Source of the DNA: Pelagomonas calceolata
Lineage: Eukaryota
Direction of reading: 5' to 3'
Length of the DNA stretch: 64,000 bases
NCBI GenBank assembly: GCA_918797485.1
Contig: CAKKNE010000006.1
Coordinates: 1,426,001-1,490,000 of the forward strand
Position 1 is the first letter of the stretch. Each line of letters begins with the position of its first letter. Shown piece after piece: positions 30,792 to 43,000 of this stretch. The position numbers and the translations under genes are program-made. The notes beneath the pieces were generated by a model. It was not told the DNA's origin, made no database searches, and saw nothing but the letters and a program-made list of their open reading frames with translations.

Positions 30792-32383
30792 TCAGCAGAT
30801 GGCGCAGCCCTCTTTCCGCCTCTTCGCGTCCGGCGCCGCAGGGGAAGACGGCGCGCCCCGCTTCGCGGACGTCGAGGGCTCGTCCTCGTCGTCGATCCAG
30901 CCGCCCGCGTCGATGCCCTCGCGGCGCAGGCGCGCGACGTTTCGCCGGCGATCATCAGCAATTACGTCGGGGCAGTTCTGGATGCCCACGTAGTACCTAA
31001 CTTGCCCTGCGGCCCGTAGCGGTGTGAGCAAGAATCTGTTCGTGAAGGTCGTGCCGTCCTTCCTGTAGTTTAGTAAGGATACGTCCGCCGTACTACGAGT
31101 AGCTAGAGCTCGTCGGATGCGATCTACTTGCTGCACGGACGTCCCGGGACCTTGGAGGAACCGGCAGTTCCTCCCCAACACGTCCTCCGGCTCGTAGCCC
31201 GTTCTATCGACAAAAGCAGGCGACACGGCAATAATGGCCGCGTCGGGATCGCTGCAATCGCTCACCAGGAACGAGCACCTTCTCGCGCACAACTGGGCGA
31301 CCACGCGCACGTCGGCCGGCTCCATGTCGCGCATGAAGTCCGCCACCGTACTTCCGGCCTCCGTCACGAGTTCTAGATTCGACACCACTCTCTCGGACAA
31401 GGTCTGAGAAGAACCTTGCGAGCCAGGAGGCCCCGTGACACAGGAGAAGGCCTCGTCGTGCTCCGCATCCGACGCCGCCCAGGCCACGACGGTGTCGACG
31501 ACTTTCCGCCAGTTCGGCTGCTGTTCTGGGACCACATAGTCCAAGGGCGTGTAGCCGTGCTTGTCCTCGCTCAGCATGAGCTCGAGCAGGCCCTCCTTGC
31601 CGGTCGACTCGTGGAGCATGTCGACCATGGTCTCCATCGCTTCCAGGACGTCGGGTGGCGGCGGTTTGGCCGACCAGAACAGGTCGTGCAAGACGTTCTT
31701 GCCGCTGTCGCAGCAGACCATGGGGTCCGCGCCACTCTTCAGGAGTAGGGAGACGACGGCGAGCGGGCTCCGCGACGTCGTGTACAGCGCCCGTCGGCAG
31801 CACTTCATGAGCACCGTCTCGCCGTTCGCGTTCTGGGCGTTCGCGACCCTCGATTCGGGGGCGACCTTCTCGCGGATCTCCTCGAGCGAGCCCTCGTACA
31901 TGAGCTTCAGCAGAGGCTTGTCGTACATTTCAGGGAGCTCGTCCGTCGTTCGGTACTTCAGCGCGACGCACGTGATCTTCGAGTCGGGATTCTTGAAACT
32001 CAAAGGCTTCGGGTCGACCCGGACGCCTTTTCCAACTAACTGTTGCAGGAAATAATCTTTGGGCCTGCGGCGCGCGTCGCGTTTGCGGTTTGTGTTTGCA
32101 TGAGCGACTCTCTCGTATCGATGTCGTGTCGGGGGACGCGCGCCGTGCATGGCGAGGCGCACGCGCGGCCGCGGCGCGCGGCGGGCGCGCTTTGCTGTTT
32201 CGACGTCGGGCCCGTCAGAACGCCAGAACCTCAAAGAGGCGTCGGGCCGCGGTCCCGTGCCGCGGCAGCGGCGCGGGGGCGCGGCGCTTCGATTGCGGCC
32301 GCTCGGAAGGCACCGCGTCGCGTTTAGACGGCGCCGGCGGCGTACGCTTGCTGGCTCCGGCTGGAGCTCTGTACTTCGGCCAT
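30792..32383 (-). CDS. Ankyrin-repeat + LOV domain protein with C-terminal CaaX (exons 32383-32346, 32064-30792)
   Basis: ANK: NANGETVLMKCC, LLLKSGADP...GKNVLHD, DKHGYTPLDY. LOV: GRNCRFLQG, LLNYRKDG, VGIQ. In-frame GT-AG intron 32065-32345; ends CAIC*. Confidence 0.85.
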
Positions 32384-32946
32384 GGTGCGCCGCGCGCGCG
32401 CAGCGCTTGCTATGTCGTAGCGTGGGGTCTCGGCTAGCCGTCCGTAGCGTCTCCGTGCACGTATACGCTGCGTTGATGTTGGTACGGCTACTCAAAGCCG
32501 GGCTAGCTCTGCTCTTTGTCGACGTGTCCAGAGATCGCTAAAAATACCACTTTGAGGGACCCGTCTCCAACGTGACAAAAAGCCGTGAGGGCACGCAGGC
32601 TCCGCTCCCCTCACGCCTCACCCACACCAGAAGACGCGTCGCGACCGCAGCGGACGCGTGCTGACGCCCCGCGCCCAAAAATGCAGCACTCCCGGAAACC
32701 GCAAGTTCACCGGTCCGCTGGGCGGGAGGGCTCTTCGCGCGGCCCCTTGGAGCGCTCCGCGACGACTCGGCGCGGCAGGACCCGTTGCCGAACCGGCAGC
32801 AACCGATAAAAGGGCAGCTCCTCGCGCGCCGTACAAAGGACCGCCGGGGCCCAGCGCCTCAGTAGTGGTCCCGCTCCGCGTCACCCGCGGCCCGCAGCTC
32901 TAGTAGTTCGTTTCAAGCGCTCGGGGCAGCACCACAAAAGAGCACA

Positions 32947-34230
32947 ATGGCGCCCCTCAAGCCGGAGTGGTGCGCGCGCGCCCCAGTCAACGCCGTCAAC
33001 AAATCTTTTGGCGTGCCAAAGCCGCTGCCCGCCCGCCAGCAAAAGGAGAACCGCTACAAGCCCAAAACTAAAAGCATGGTCGACTGCGGCCGGCCCAAGG
33101 CCATGGACGCGCCGCGGCGCAAGGCGTCGCGTCTGCGGATGCTGGGCGTCAAGCCGGTCCAGCGCGGCGTGAACCGCCCGGGCCAAGTCCATGGGCGCCG
33201 GGCCAAGTCCGTGCAGGCGCCGCGGACGCACCGGCCGGTGCAGGCCTTACGAAGCGTCTCGGCGCACGCGGGCGAGAAGCGCCCCGTCGCACCAAAGCGG
33301 GAGCGGAAGCCGCCGTCCGTGAACGCCGGCCGCGACGTGTTAGGAGGAGGCTGCGACTCGTGGCTCGACAGCTTGGACCCGCGCGGCCGCGACGAGCGCG
33401 GCTCGCTCTGGGACCCGTCGCGCGCGTCCGTGTATGGAGGCGCGTCGGTCATGACGGCCGACGAACCCGCCGTCGAGGCGCCGGCGCCGGCGCCCGTCGT
33501 CGCGCCGGTCGCGTACATGAAGCCGCGGCGCCCCTGCCCGCCCGTGCCCGCGGAACCGCCAAAGAGGAAGGCCACGCCCGCGGCAAGGAGACAAAAGGTC
33601 ACCTGGGAGACGCTCCAGCAAGACTTCCAGCCGCCTTCTACCGAGGAGTGCATGCGCGCCTGCGCCACGAACCAGGAAGAGGACTTCGGCGGCGCGGACG
33701 TCTGGATCCGCCCCCCTACTGCGTTCAACGACGAGGAGGTCCGCGGGGGCTACGGCGATTCCGAGGACGACGACGACAATGAAGAGGGCATTGTGGTCGA
33801 GGCGGCGGCGCCGCCCAATTTCAAGGCGAAGCGCGCGATGTTGGTGACGGGGCCTCCTCTAGGGGCCGCGTACGACGAGGACGAGGAAGAAGAAGAGGAC
33901 GAGGACGCCGCCGCGCCGGAGGAAGAGGACGACGACGCCTCGTTCGAGGCCAAGCGCCGGGCGCTGCGCACGCCGCCGCCGCCGCTCGGTGCCGCGTACG
34001 ACGACGAGGACGAGACTGACGATGACGAGTCCGAGGGCGAGGCGCCTATTGATTCCTTCAAGGCCAAGCGCGCGATGCTCGTCACGGGGCCGCCGCCTCT
34101 CGGGGCGGCCTACGACGAGGACGAGACCGACGAGGACGACGAGGATGACGAGGCCGAGGCGCCGGTCGCGGAGGCGCCCGCCGCCGCCGCGCCGGGCACG
34201 TACGACGACGACGAGTTCGACGAGGCCTAG
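32947..34230 (+). CDS. Hypothetical protein, basic N-terminus and acidic C-terminus with three internal repeats
   Basis: F(K/E)AKR...PP(P)LGAAYD(E/D) repeated three times (~33820, ~33943, ~34057). Confidence 0.65.
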   Translation: MAPLKPEWCARAPVNAVNKSFGVPKPLPARQQKENRYKPKTKSMVDCGRPKAMDAPRRKASRLRMLGVKPVQRGVNRPGQVHGRRAKSVQAPRTHRPVQALRSVSAHAGEKRPVAPKRERKPPSVNAGRDVLGGGCDSWLDSLDPRGRDERGSLWDPSRASVYGGASVMTADEPAVEAPAPAPVVAPVAYMKPRRPCPPVPAEPPKRKATPAARRQKVTWETLQQDFQPPSTEECMRACATNQEEDFGGADVWIRPPTAFNDEEVRGGYGDSEDDDDNEEGIVVEAAAPPNFKAKRAMLVTGPPLGAAYDEDEEEEEDEDAAAPEEEDDDASFEAKRRALRTPPPPLGAAYDDEDETDDDESEGEAPIDSFKAKRAMLVTGPPPLGAAYDEDETDEDDEDDEAEAPVAEAPAAAAPGTYDDDEFDEA

Positions 34231-34268
34231 TCGCCGGCCTAAGAGGCGTATCTGATAACAACTAAGCC

Positions 34269-35789
34269 TTACGGCGAGGCGGCCCGATCCAAATAGGACA
34301 GCGCCAGATGCGCGTGCAGCGCGACGCCGCGCCGTAACAAGTCCTCGTGGAGCACGAAGCGCCCGTTGTGCACTGTTACTGTCGTGTCGAATTCCAAACC
34401 GGGCTCCGGAGCGAAGGACTTGGCCCCCTGTCCTAAAGCAAGAAAGACCGACGGGATCTCCTGCGCATAAAAGGCGAAGTCCTCGCCGCCCATGGTCGGG
34501 TCGATCACTCTCACTTCGTTCTCGGTGGAGGCCGGCGCCGCTATTTCTGTCGCCCACTTCCACAGCTCCGGGTCGTTCATCGTCGGCGGGTAGGCGTCGG
34601 CACTCCACGCAATAGAAGCGTTGCACCTATGAGCCAGGGCCGTGGCGTGCACCACCGCGTCGACGCGGTCCCGGAGCGACTGCAGACCTTCGGTCGACAA
34701 ACTTCGTAGTGTCCCCCCAATGCGCGCGCCCTGGGGGATGACGTTGTAGGCGTCGCCCGCGTGGAACATCGTCACGGAAACCACCGCCGAAGATAACGGG
34801 TCCGTCTCCCGCGCGGCGATGGCCTGCAGTGCCGTGACGACGTGCGCGGCCGCCACAATAGGATCCTTGACGTGGTGCGGCCTATGTTGAAAGACCACTG
34901 ACGCTACGTACGACGATGGCGTGCGAGCGCTAATTGTCTCCCTATTTGATCTGGGGGCCGTTGCAGCCGCGTCTCTCATGTATCTCAAGTGCGGAAAAAA
35001 GGCCCCTCAAGTGACGCTGGTCGCGCACATGGCCGCGTGGCCGCCGACGCCGCTCACGACAATATCAAACAGTTCGGTAGCTGCCAGCATCGGACCGGGC
35101 CGGCCCCCGATCGACCCGAGCGGTAGGAACGGCCACTGGTGGAACCCGAACGCGGCTTGCGGCTTCGGTTCCATACTCAAAACGCCCTCTTCGACCATCC
35201 TTTTCCCGCCGGCGCCGCCTTCCTCGGCCGGCTGCCAGATTAAACGTATGGTCCCTTTGATCTCCGCCTCACGCCGTTTAAGCACGGCCGCGGCCCCCAA
35301 CAGCATAGCAGTATGACCATCATGCCCGCAGGCGTGCATCCTGCCGTCCTCCGTCGACTTCCAGGGGGAGTCCACGTTTTCGTGGATGGGCAGGCCGTCG
35401 ATGTCGGCCCTTAGTAAAACACAAGGCTCCTTCCCCGAACCTATCTGTGCTACGATGCCCGTCCCACCTTCGCCGCTCACGAAGCCCTTCGCCGCCAACT
35501 CCGCTCGTTTTGTATTTTTTGCCCAGCCCGTGGTGAAGTTGACTTGTAAAGCCGTCAGCACTTGCGCGATCTTGGCTGCGGTTTGTTTTTCATCAAACAA
35601 GAGCTCGGGCGTCCTATGCAGTTCGCGCCTCGTTTCCACGACCCAGTCCTGCTGCTCGCCGGCGTCGTGCCAGAGGTCCGCGAAGGTATGTGTTGTGTCG
35701 GTGTCGTCGCGCGTGAGGCGGACGCCTGGGATTGTTTCGTCAGCGGTCGTTGCTGTTGCGACGAGTACTAAAGTGAGGACTTTGCGCAT
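34269..35789 (-). CDS. M20D amidohydrolase (ILR1-like), predicted secreted (intron 34882-35028)
   Basis: RRELHRTPEL, LRADIDGLP, MHACGHDGH, QPAEEGG, GGHAAMPH reconstituted across the intron, GGEDF. Confidence 0.93.
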
Positions 35790-36059
35790 GGTTGTTGCGT
35801 CGCGTCGCATTTACAGGTCGCTGCAATATGTTCTCCTGAGCTGCGTATTATCAGCCTGCTAGGCGTACCGCAGCGCTTCAAGAACAGCTCGCGGTGCACG
35901 AATTCTGCGAACTCGGCCGCGCGTGTGATGCACTGCAACGCAAATGGAGCGAGTTGGCAAGCGGCAAAGCAGCTAAACCTAGCATCACCCATACTAGCCC
36001 GCAGCGGCCCAAACAAAGGCTGCCGCTTAACGCCGCCGGGGCTGCCCCCACCTAAACAA

Positions 36060-36786
36060 ATGGCGGACTTGGAAGAAGCAGTCATAGAGAAAGGAACGGA
36101 AGTTATTAATTTCCTGCGCGAGGAATGTCGAATCCCCGACGAGCAATGTGAACAACTCGAGGCCCTTATCACCAACACGGAAGACGCGAAAGGATGGTCC
36201 CCCGACGGTAGAGAATTAATGGAGCGCGTCGAGGACGTGGCCAAGTGCCAGCCCTACATGCCCCACGATAAGTACGCGGAGATGTTGGTAATAGGCTGGA
36301 GCGCGGCTTTGGACCTCATGAAGCACCAGCGGAAGATGGCCTTCAAGAAGGTCAGGACGTTGCAGGAGGACGCGAAGTGCCCCGCCGAGCTCATGGACGC
36401 GGCCTATCGCACGCGAGATGAACTGGATCTAGGCTGCGCCAAGGCGAACATTCGATTTTGTGAAGCGCGGTTCCTGGTGGAGGTGCTCCAGGAGAACCCC
36501 ATGCCGCCCATCGAAGAATTGAGGAAGAAGGTCGACGAGGACTGGGCCGCGGGCACGATCGGGCCGCCCAACACCGACGGCTTCGACGACGAGGGGCGGC
36601 ACGTGGCGGAGGGTGCGGAGCGGTGCGTGAATCAAAGCGTGGCGGCGCGACGCCAGCTCGGCGGCGTGGCGGTGGGGTCTCTCACAGACACCCGACTCAC
36701 TGGTCGATTTCCACACAGGTGAGGAGGGCGCGAAGGACGAGTCCAAGGGCGAGTCCAAGGACGAGTCCAAGGAGGGCGCCGAGTAA
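36060..36786 (+). CDS. Hypothetical protein (intron 36613-36718, introner-derived)
   Basis: ORF stays in frame after removing a GT-AG intron ending GATTTCCACACAG, with TSD-like GTGCGGAG/GTGAGGAG. Confidence 0.6.
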
Positions 36787-36861
36787 TACTTTCCTAGGAC
36801 TTAAGCGAGAGAGAGAGCGAGCGGGCGGACGTTTCTTTTTTTTTTCGTAGCGACTGGCGTG

Positions 36862-38406
36862 CTAAAGAGTCGCCAGGCGCGACTTCTGCTGGCGGGCCTT
36901 CTCCTGCGACGAAGCCCCGCCGTGGTCGAGCTTGCCGCCCATCCAGCGCTGCATGAGCATTTTTAGGACCGTCTCGAACAAGAGCGACTCGCGCGAGGCG
37001 CCAGAAATCCGTTCCGCGTGGAGGTGCGTGAACGCGTGCATCAGGAAGAGCACGACGAAGCTAATACCGACCCGTCTCATGACTACTCTCAACGACCATC
37101 CTAGGACGAACTTGGCCACCCAGCACGTCCACGCCGCGATTAACACCAGGGTCGCGTTCATGCGCACGTGTCTTATCGGTAACATGTACTGTTCAGGATC
37201 TGATGAATACGCGCCCGTCTCCCGGAAGGTCTGGAGTAGCGCGTCCTTGCGGGCGTAGTCGTCCAATAAAGTGTCTCGCACGCCTTTCGGATCATCGTTA
37301 CTCATCTTCTCACCAGGCACCTTGACGATGTGCGTGAAGACGTGGAGGCCCCCTCGAAAAATGGTGTGGAGGTCGGGGATGACGCGGGCTGGATCGTCCA
37401 ACGGTCGGGAGCACAAGCAGCCCCCTCTCGCGGCTCCTGTTACGTCATCCACTTGTACGGAATCCTTGTCCCGACAGACGAAGGCCATCGTGACACTAAA
37501 GATGCCTTCGGGATTATGCGTGGTCACGAGCTGCATGCCCTTGTATCTTGGAGTCAATAAATACTTCAGCGGTCGTAGGTCGTGATCGAGCATGAACTTG
37601 GAGCACTGCTGGACGTACTCGGCGTCCTTTTCTACTCCTGGGTCGACGATCGCCCCTTCCGGCGCCAAGAAGATGACCCGATCGACCTTCGCTTCCTTGA
37701 AGCTTCTTATGTTGTCCAGGATGCGGGGCCCGTCCCGGTGGAACGTCCGTCTCAAAAAGATGTCCCCGAACAGCCCGCGAGACCAGCCGAAGATCGGCAT
37801 GAGCATCGTCGTGAACTCGGCGCAGAAGCCCACCCGCACCTGCGGTTCTAGCGTCGAACCCATGAGCAAACCCACGAGCCAATCCACTCTGCTCCCATGA
37901 TTCGTCATGAACACGGACGAACCACACTCCGGCACTCGTCGCAGTTCCGCAGGCGTGCAGCACCACACTCTAAACCCGCACCACGAGAAGGGCACCGCCA
38001 ATATGGCCGGTTGGACGAGTCTGTCGTAGTGCGTGCAAGCTCGTTTATACAGCGCGCCGCCGTCCGGGATCAAATGCAAGAATAAGAGTGGGAGCTGCCA
38101 CAGGAAGTAGAGGAACGCCACGCTCAACCAAACGGAAGCCAGGAAATAGACCTTCAGTCGCAGGAACAAAGCCGGCGCGCGGTTCCTCATTCTTTTCCTA
38201 TGGACCTTCTCCTGCTCATTGACGTCGGCAGGAAAAGCGTCCCAGGGGTTGCCCATCAAACCACCTCGCCCGAGCCAGTCGCGCGGCTCGAGGGCCTCCG
38301 AGTTGCTAGAGCTGCTGCGGCTCAGCATGGAATCGGCCGGGCTGCCGCGGCCGTTGCTGCCCGGGTGCGGGGCGGCACCGTTGCGCCGTCTTAAGGTAGG
38401 AGTCAT
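36862..38406 (-). CDS. Lysophospholipid acyltransferase (PlsC/LCLAT-like), membrane protein
   Basis: NHGSRVDW (NHx4D), IFLRR, FLAPEG, LLTPRYKG; hydrophobic segments. Confidence 0.85.
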   Translation of the reverse strand: MTPTLRRRNGAAPHPGSNGRGSPADSMLSRSSSSNSEALEPRDWLGRGGLMGNPWDAFPADVNEQEKVHRKRMRNRAPALFLRLKVYFLASVWLSVAFLYFLWQLPLLFLHLIPDGGALYKRACTHYDRLVQPAILAVPFSWCGFRVWCCTPAELRRVPECGSSVFMTNHGSRVDWLVGLLMGSTLEPQVRVGFCAEFTTMLMPIFGWSRGLFGDIFLRRTFHRDGPRILDNIRSFKEAKVDRVIFLAPEGAIVDPGVEKDAEYVQQCSKFMLDHDLRPLKYLLTPRYKGMQLVTTHNPEGIFSVTMAFVCRDKDSVQVDDVTGAARGGCLCSRPLDDPARVIPDLHTIFRGGLHVFTHIVKVPGEKMSNDDPKGVRDTLLDDYARKDALLQTFRETGAYSSDPEQYMLPIRHVRMNATLVLIAAWTCWVAKFVLGWSLRVVMRRVGISFVVLFLMHAFTHLHAERISGASRESLLFETVLKMLMQRWMGGKLDHGGASSQEKARQQKSRLATL

Positions 38407-38693
38407 CTTCACAAGCTGCCCCGTCCACCAATTGGGCCGTGCGCGGCCAGGGACCGCGTGCGTTTTTTGCCACCCACCCGCCAAACCGAATCGCGGGACC
38501 CCCTACTCCGCTACGAGGCGTGGCGCCGGTCCTCCAGTGCGTCTGGGTGAATGCCGAGCGGTGGGCCACGCTGGTGCGCGGGCGCCGGCGCCTGGCGTGC
38601 GACCACCGCGCGGCCGCCGCCGGCGCGCCGACGACCTGTGCGGCCGCCTCCACCACGACGCCGTCGCTGCGCCCGCTCACATAAAACACTTAC

Positions 38694-40635
38694 TCACCAC
38701 CCCTCCCGCGCGCCCTTTACAACAGCCCGCGCCAGGAACGGCCCCGCCTCCCTCAACAGATCCAATTCAGGATCGAGCTGCCTTCCGATACCTTCGACGA
38801 CGGCGATGGCCACGACCGTCGTCGCGAAGTTCGCCTCGAGGCGTATCCTATGGCGCCGGCAGGCCGCGAGGACGTCATTTAACAACGCCGCGACGCGCAA
38901 ATCCTTCAAGGTGACGCCCCTGACGGTGGCGTCCTTGACCAGCCGGTCCAACTCGTCGACGAAGGCCTCGACGTCGTCCTCACCACCTCCACGATGCGTC
39001 GCTCGAGCTGCTATTAATTGACCCGCGCGCCGCCCGTCGCGCTTCACGACCGCTCCAAATAAATCAATAAAGTTCCGCCGGTCTCTAGGTGATAGCTCTA
39101 TGACCAACCCCGCGTCGAGGATCACCAGATCAAAATCATGACCGTCAAACCTAAGTAACAGATTGCCCGCGTGGAGGTCACCGTGAATATAGTTGTCGGC
39201 GAAGAGCATTTTGAGTAACGCTCGCAGGCCGCGCCGCGCTACTTTACGTTTCGTCTCGGGATCTAGCGACGGTAAGGCTTCATTCAAAGGCACGCCGCGC
39301 TCGAAGCTCTCCACCAACACACCGCTTGATGAGAGTAGAGGCTCCGGGAACACCACGCCCTGCTCTCCAACAAAGTTGCGTCGCAAGCGTCGTAAAGCCT
39401 CGGCCTCGTTCATCATGTCGCAACTCAACAACATCTTGTCGGCGAAGTCCTCTACTAAACCAGTGGGGTCGAGCACCTCGCACGTCCGCGGCATCAGGAG
39501 CGACGCCGCCCGCGCGAGCCACCTTAAAGCGCGGACGTCGTCCTCGACCCGCGATCTAGTAGATGGGTGCACGAGCTTGACGGCGACCGCCCGGCCGCGG
39601 CGCAGGCCCCTGCGCGCGTCCGGCGTTGTGTCTATACGTGGCAGAGACGACGCGTCGATGGCGTCGAGGCGACGTCAGAGCCGCTCGACGCGGCCGCGCG
39701 AGAGTCTCGTCCTTGCACCGCGACGTTGTCGATATCACGATTGCCATAAACCATGGAGGACGCTGCGTAACGCACCGCCGGACGTGCGCGACGCAGCCCG
39801 CGCCGACCGTCGCGCCGAGGACCGTATCACCGCCGGGGAACGCGTCGGCGAGCGTCCGCAGGGCTTCGCGTCGCGTCTGCGTCGCGCGCGTCGCGCGGTT
39901 CTGCAGGAGGCCGCAGCGTTGGCACCTGCGTTTTCTGTTGTTGTGATGGCGTGTTGTGTTCTTTCGAGCTTCTACCCCCACCAACGCCGTCGACGCGATC
40001 CCCGCTTTGCTGAATCATCGCGTCGACATCCACGCCATCGAGGCGACCATGATTCGGCGGACGCTGGCCGCGCACCAAGCCTCGGGGAAGACGTCGGGCC
40101 GCGTCGCCGACCACTGCGCGAGCTTCACGGCCGTCGGGCCGCAGCCCTCGATCGCGTAGAGGACGTGGCGCCACCACCACTTTCTCAAAAACGGTATCAG
40201 AAGTGCAAACGGCGCCCAGAGCGCGACGGGCGCGACGCGGAGCGACCAGCCTCCTAAGGTCCTGGCGACGCGCCAGTTTTTTGGTGGCATCGTTTTTTTG
40301 GGAGGTACGGCCACGGCGACTTCGCAGTTCGGCGGCCGCGCTAGTGTGATGGTCGCGAGGGCGCAGGCCGGCAGCATTGGTGTCCGTGCCATTTGATGCA
40401 GCGTCCGGCGCCAGCGCGCGGACGTCGCGACGCTGCTCCCGGCCTGCGCCCTCGCTGTCCGTGCGACCGCGTCCAGCGTCCCACGCCATCGCGCAGACGG
40501 CGCGACATGTTCGGTGGCGCTTATCCGCTTTGTTGCGGCGGCGCGAGTAATCGTCGCGGTGCGGCTTGTTGTCGCCGCGGCGGCGCGACTGGTCGTCCCG
40601 CCGCTCGTGGCGAGGAGTCTTGAGGCGCGGAGCAT
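38694..40635 (-). CDS. ABC1/UbiB atypical kinase (ADCK2-like); introns 39926-40075 and 39610-39775
   Basis: GPTAVKLAQWSATRPDVFP, GAGCVAHV, VAVK, HGDLHAGN, LDAG, VEGIGRQLDP; splicing keeps the frame. Confidence 0.9.
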
Positions 40636-41013
40636 CGCGGTCGACTCGGTGAATGCGTAGCAGCCCTCCGCCCCGCAGCGCTTCCGCAAGAGCGGCGCCG
40701 AGGCCCCGTCGACTCGCTGCGAGCCGTGCGTTACGCGCGGCCGCGCAGGTCGACCACTAGGTCAGGAGCACTGGGCTCTACTGCGGCTTCTGGGCTCTCA
40801 GCGGCCCGCTAGCCGTTCCGCGCCGAACCTTTTGCCACGGTCGAATGGTTTGGACACTTTCCCACCCAGCAACGCCGCCAACGCCTGCAGTGGGCCGTCT
40901 CCGGCGGCGAAAAACACGCCCAAAACCCTCGAGGTTGGAGGCTTTCTTATAGGAGCCAAATCGCGAAAATCAGCTCTCGTCGCTGCGCACCCATCGGTGC
41001 TGCGCGCGCGAGT

Positions 41014-41085
41014 GCTCCTATGGCTCAGTGGTAGAGCATTTGTCTTGTAAACAAAAGGTCCTGAGTTCAATCCTCAGTGGGAGCT
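41014..41085 (+). tRNA. tRNA-Thr(TGT), intronless
   Basis: Complete cloverleaf GCTCCTA...CTTGTAA...TTCAATC...TGGGAGC-T followed by oligo-T. Confidence 0.97.
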
Positions 41086-41385
41086 ATCTTTTTTTTTGCT
41101 TCGGACGCGTCGGCCCGCGCGGGAGCGGGATCTATCCGAAAAACCATGCTAGTGCCTCACACGATAGCGTAATCGACGACGCCGGCGCTTATATTGCGGC
41201 GTACGGCCACGCTGGCCGATAGAATTAACCCTCCTGACCTCCAACACATCCAGTCCATCACCTCGGTCCACCCTCAAAACAACAAGGCCTGACGCGCGGC
41301 CGCGCCCAAGCTAGCGCTAGCGAGGCCGCCGCTCCCTTGGTCGCCGCGCGTTGCGAGCGCGGCGCGGCGCCGCCCCGCGCGCGCC

Positions 41386-42533
41386 ATGGCGGACCGCCCC
41401 CCCGGCGCGCCGCCGCCCATGCCTCCATCACAACATATCAGCCCCTCGCGGCGCGACGGCATGAGCGCGCACGACGAAAAACAAAGAAGACGAAAAACGT
41501 GCTTCTTCATCGACGAGTGCGGCGTGCGGCTGCAACTCCCGAAACTCCCGGTGATGACGGCGCAGTGCTTCTTCCACAAGTTCTTCGCGCGCGAGTCTTT
41601 TAGGAGACACGACCGCTTCGTGGTGGCGCAAGCTTGCTTATTCCTCGCGGCGAAGGTCGAGGAGTCGGCCGTGTCTCTACGATCGTTGGTGCGAGAGTGC
41701 CACGGCGTGCGCTACGCCGGGAAGAGCCGGGCGCCCCTTGATGAATCAAGTGAGAGGGACGTGAAGCGAGCTGTGGTGATGGCGGAGCGCGCGGTGCTCT
41801 ACGCGCGCCGCGGCGTCTCCTTTCGCCTTTCGCTCCGCGCCGCGCGGTGACCGTCGCATCGATGGCGCGTCGCGGCGACGGCGTGATGGTTCTACACTAC
41901 CTTCACGCCATCGACGCGGCGGGCCGGTGGCGTGCCGCGCGCCGAGGGACCGCGCGACGGCGTCGAGAGGGGGGAGAGGAACACACACACATCCAAGAGA
42001 GAATAAAACAGGACGCGCGACGCCCTTGATCAATCTAGGCCATCGGCTTTGATGTGTGCGTCGAGAACCCCCTGCTGGCCTTCATTGACCTCGTCAATAA
42101 GCTGCGGGCGGGCGACGTGCTTTCAGAAGATCTGAAGCAGCCGTTCTCGCAAGTGGGCATCAACTTCATCTCCGATTCATATCGGACGGCGCTGTGCCTC
42201 GAGTTCCCGCCGCAAAAAATCGCGGCGGCGTGTGCTTTTTTGACGGTGGTGTTCCTGCGGGCGCTGCCGGATGATCGGCCGCGGACGGCGGCTTTATATG
42301 GCGCGCTCGCGATCTCCGAGAGGAGTTTGAGGAGCATCTGCACGCAGATGGCCGAGTTATATGTGGAGAACAAGAAGTGCGCGCGGCTCTTAAGGGACCT
42401 GGCGGAGATGGGCCACGTTCCTGCCGAATTGGTGAGGCCTGCCCCCAGGCCGCCGGTGCCTCCTTCAGATTCCGTGGCCGGCGTGACGCCGTCGCCGTCG
42501 GTGCTGTCTTCTTCTTCCTCCGCTGGCCCATGA
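41386..42533 (+). CDS. Transcriptional cyclin (cyclin K/T-like), with a GC-AG intron 41803-42038
   Basis: FFHKFF, ACLFLAAKVEE, E..VLY|AIGFD reconstituted by splicing, LCLEFPP.KIAAAC. Confidence 0.88.
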
Positions 42534-43000
42534 GTGGTCGGGGTAAAATTAATAGTTGTTTTCATTTTCTATCCCGCGCTTGCGCGGCAGCTCCCCCACG
42601 CCATCAACGCGACGTCGCCCCCGTGGTATCGTCTGATCGATGGCGTTCTACCCCCGGCCCTTCTTCCCCCCCCCCCCGCATGCCAGCCCCATAAGCGATT
42701 GTTGCTAGACTCAGCCTATCTCTGGGATATTCCCAGATCAGCCTCGATAGCGTCAACTAGCGAAAAAAAATGACCTCCCAAATTCAGGATTCACCCTAGT
42801 CGTTCGCCGCGCCCAAATATTTCAGAGTAGCGGCCCGGGAACATACCCTCATGCCTCCCGGAACACACCGCCCCGCGGCGACATTCGCGGATGAATCTTA
42901 TGACTCGCCAAAATACACCAGCGATTGACGCCGTCGTCTACCGTCCGGATAGCCCATTATATCAACTCCAGCCCAGTTTTCATACACACTCGACGGAACC

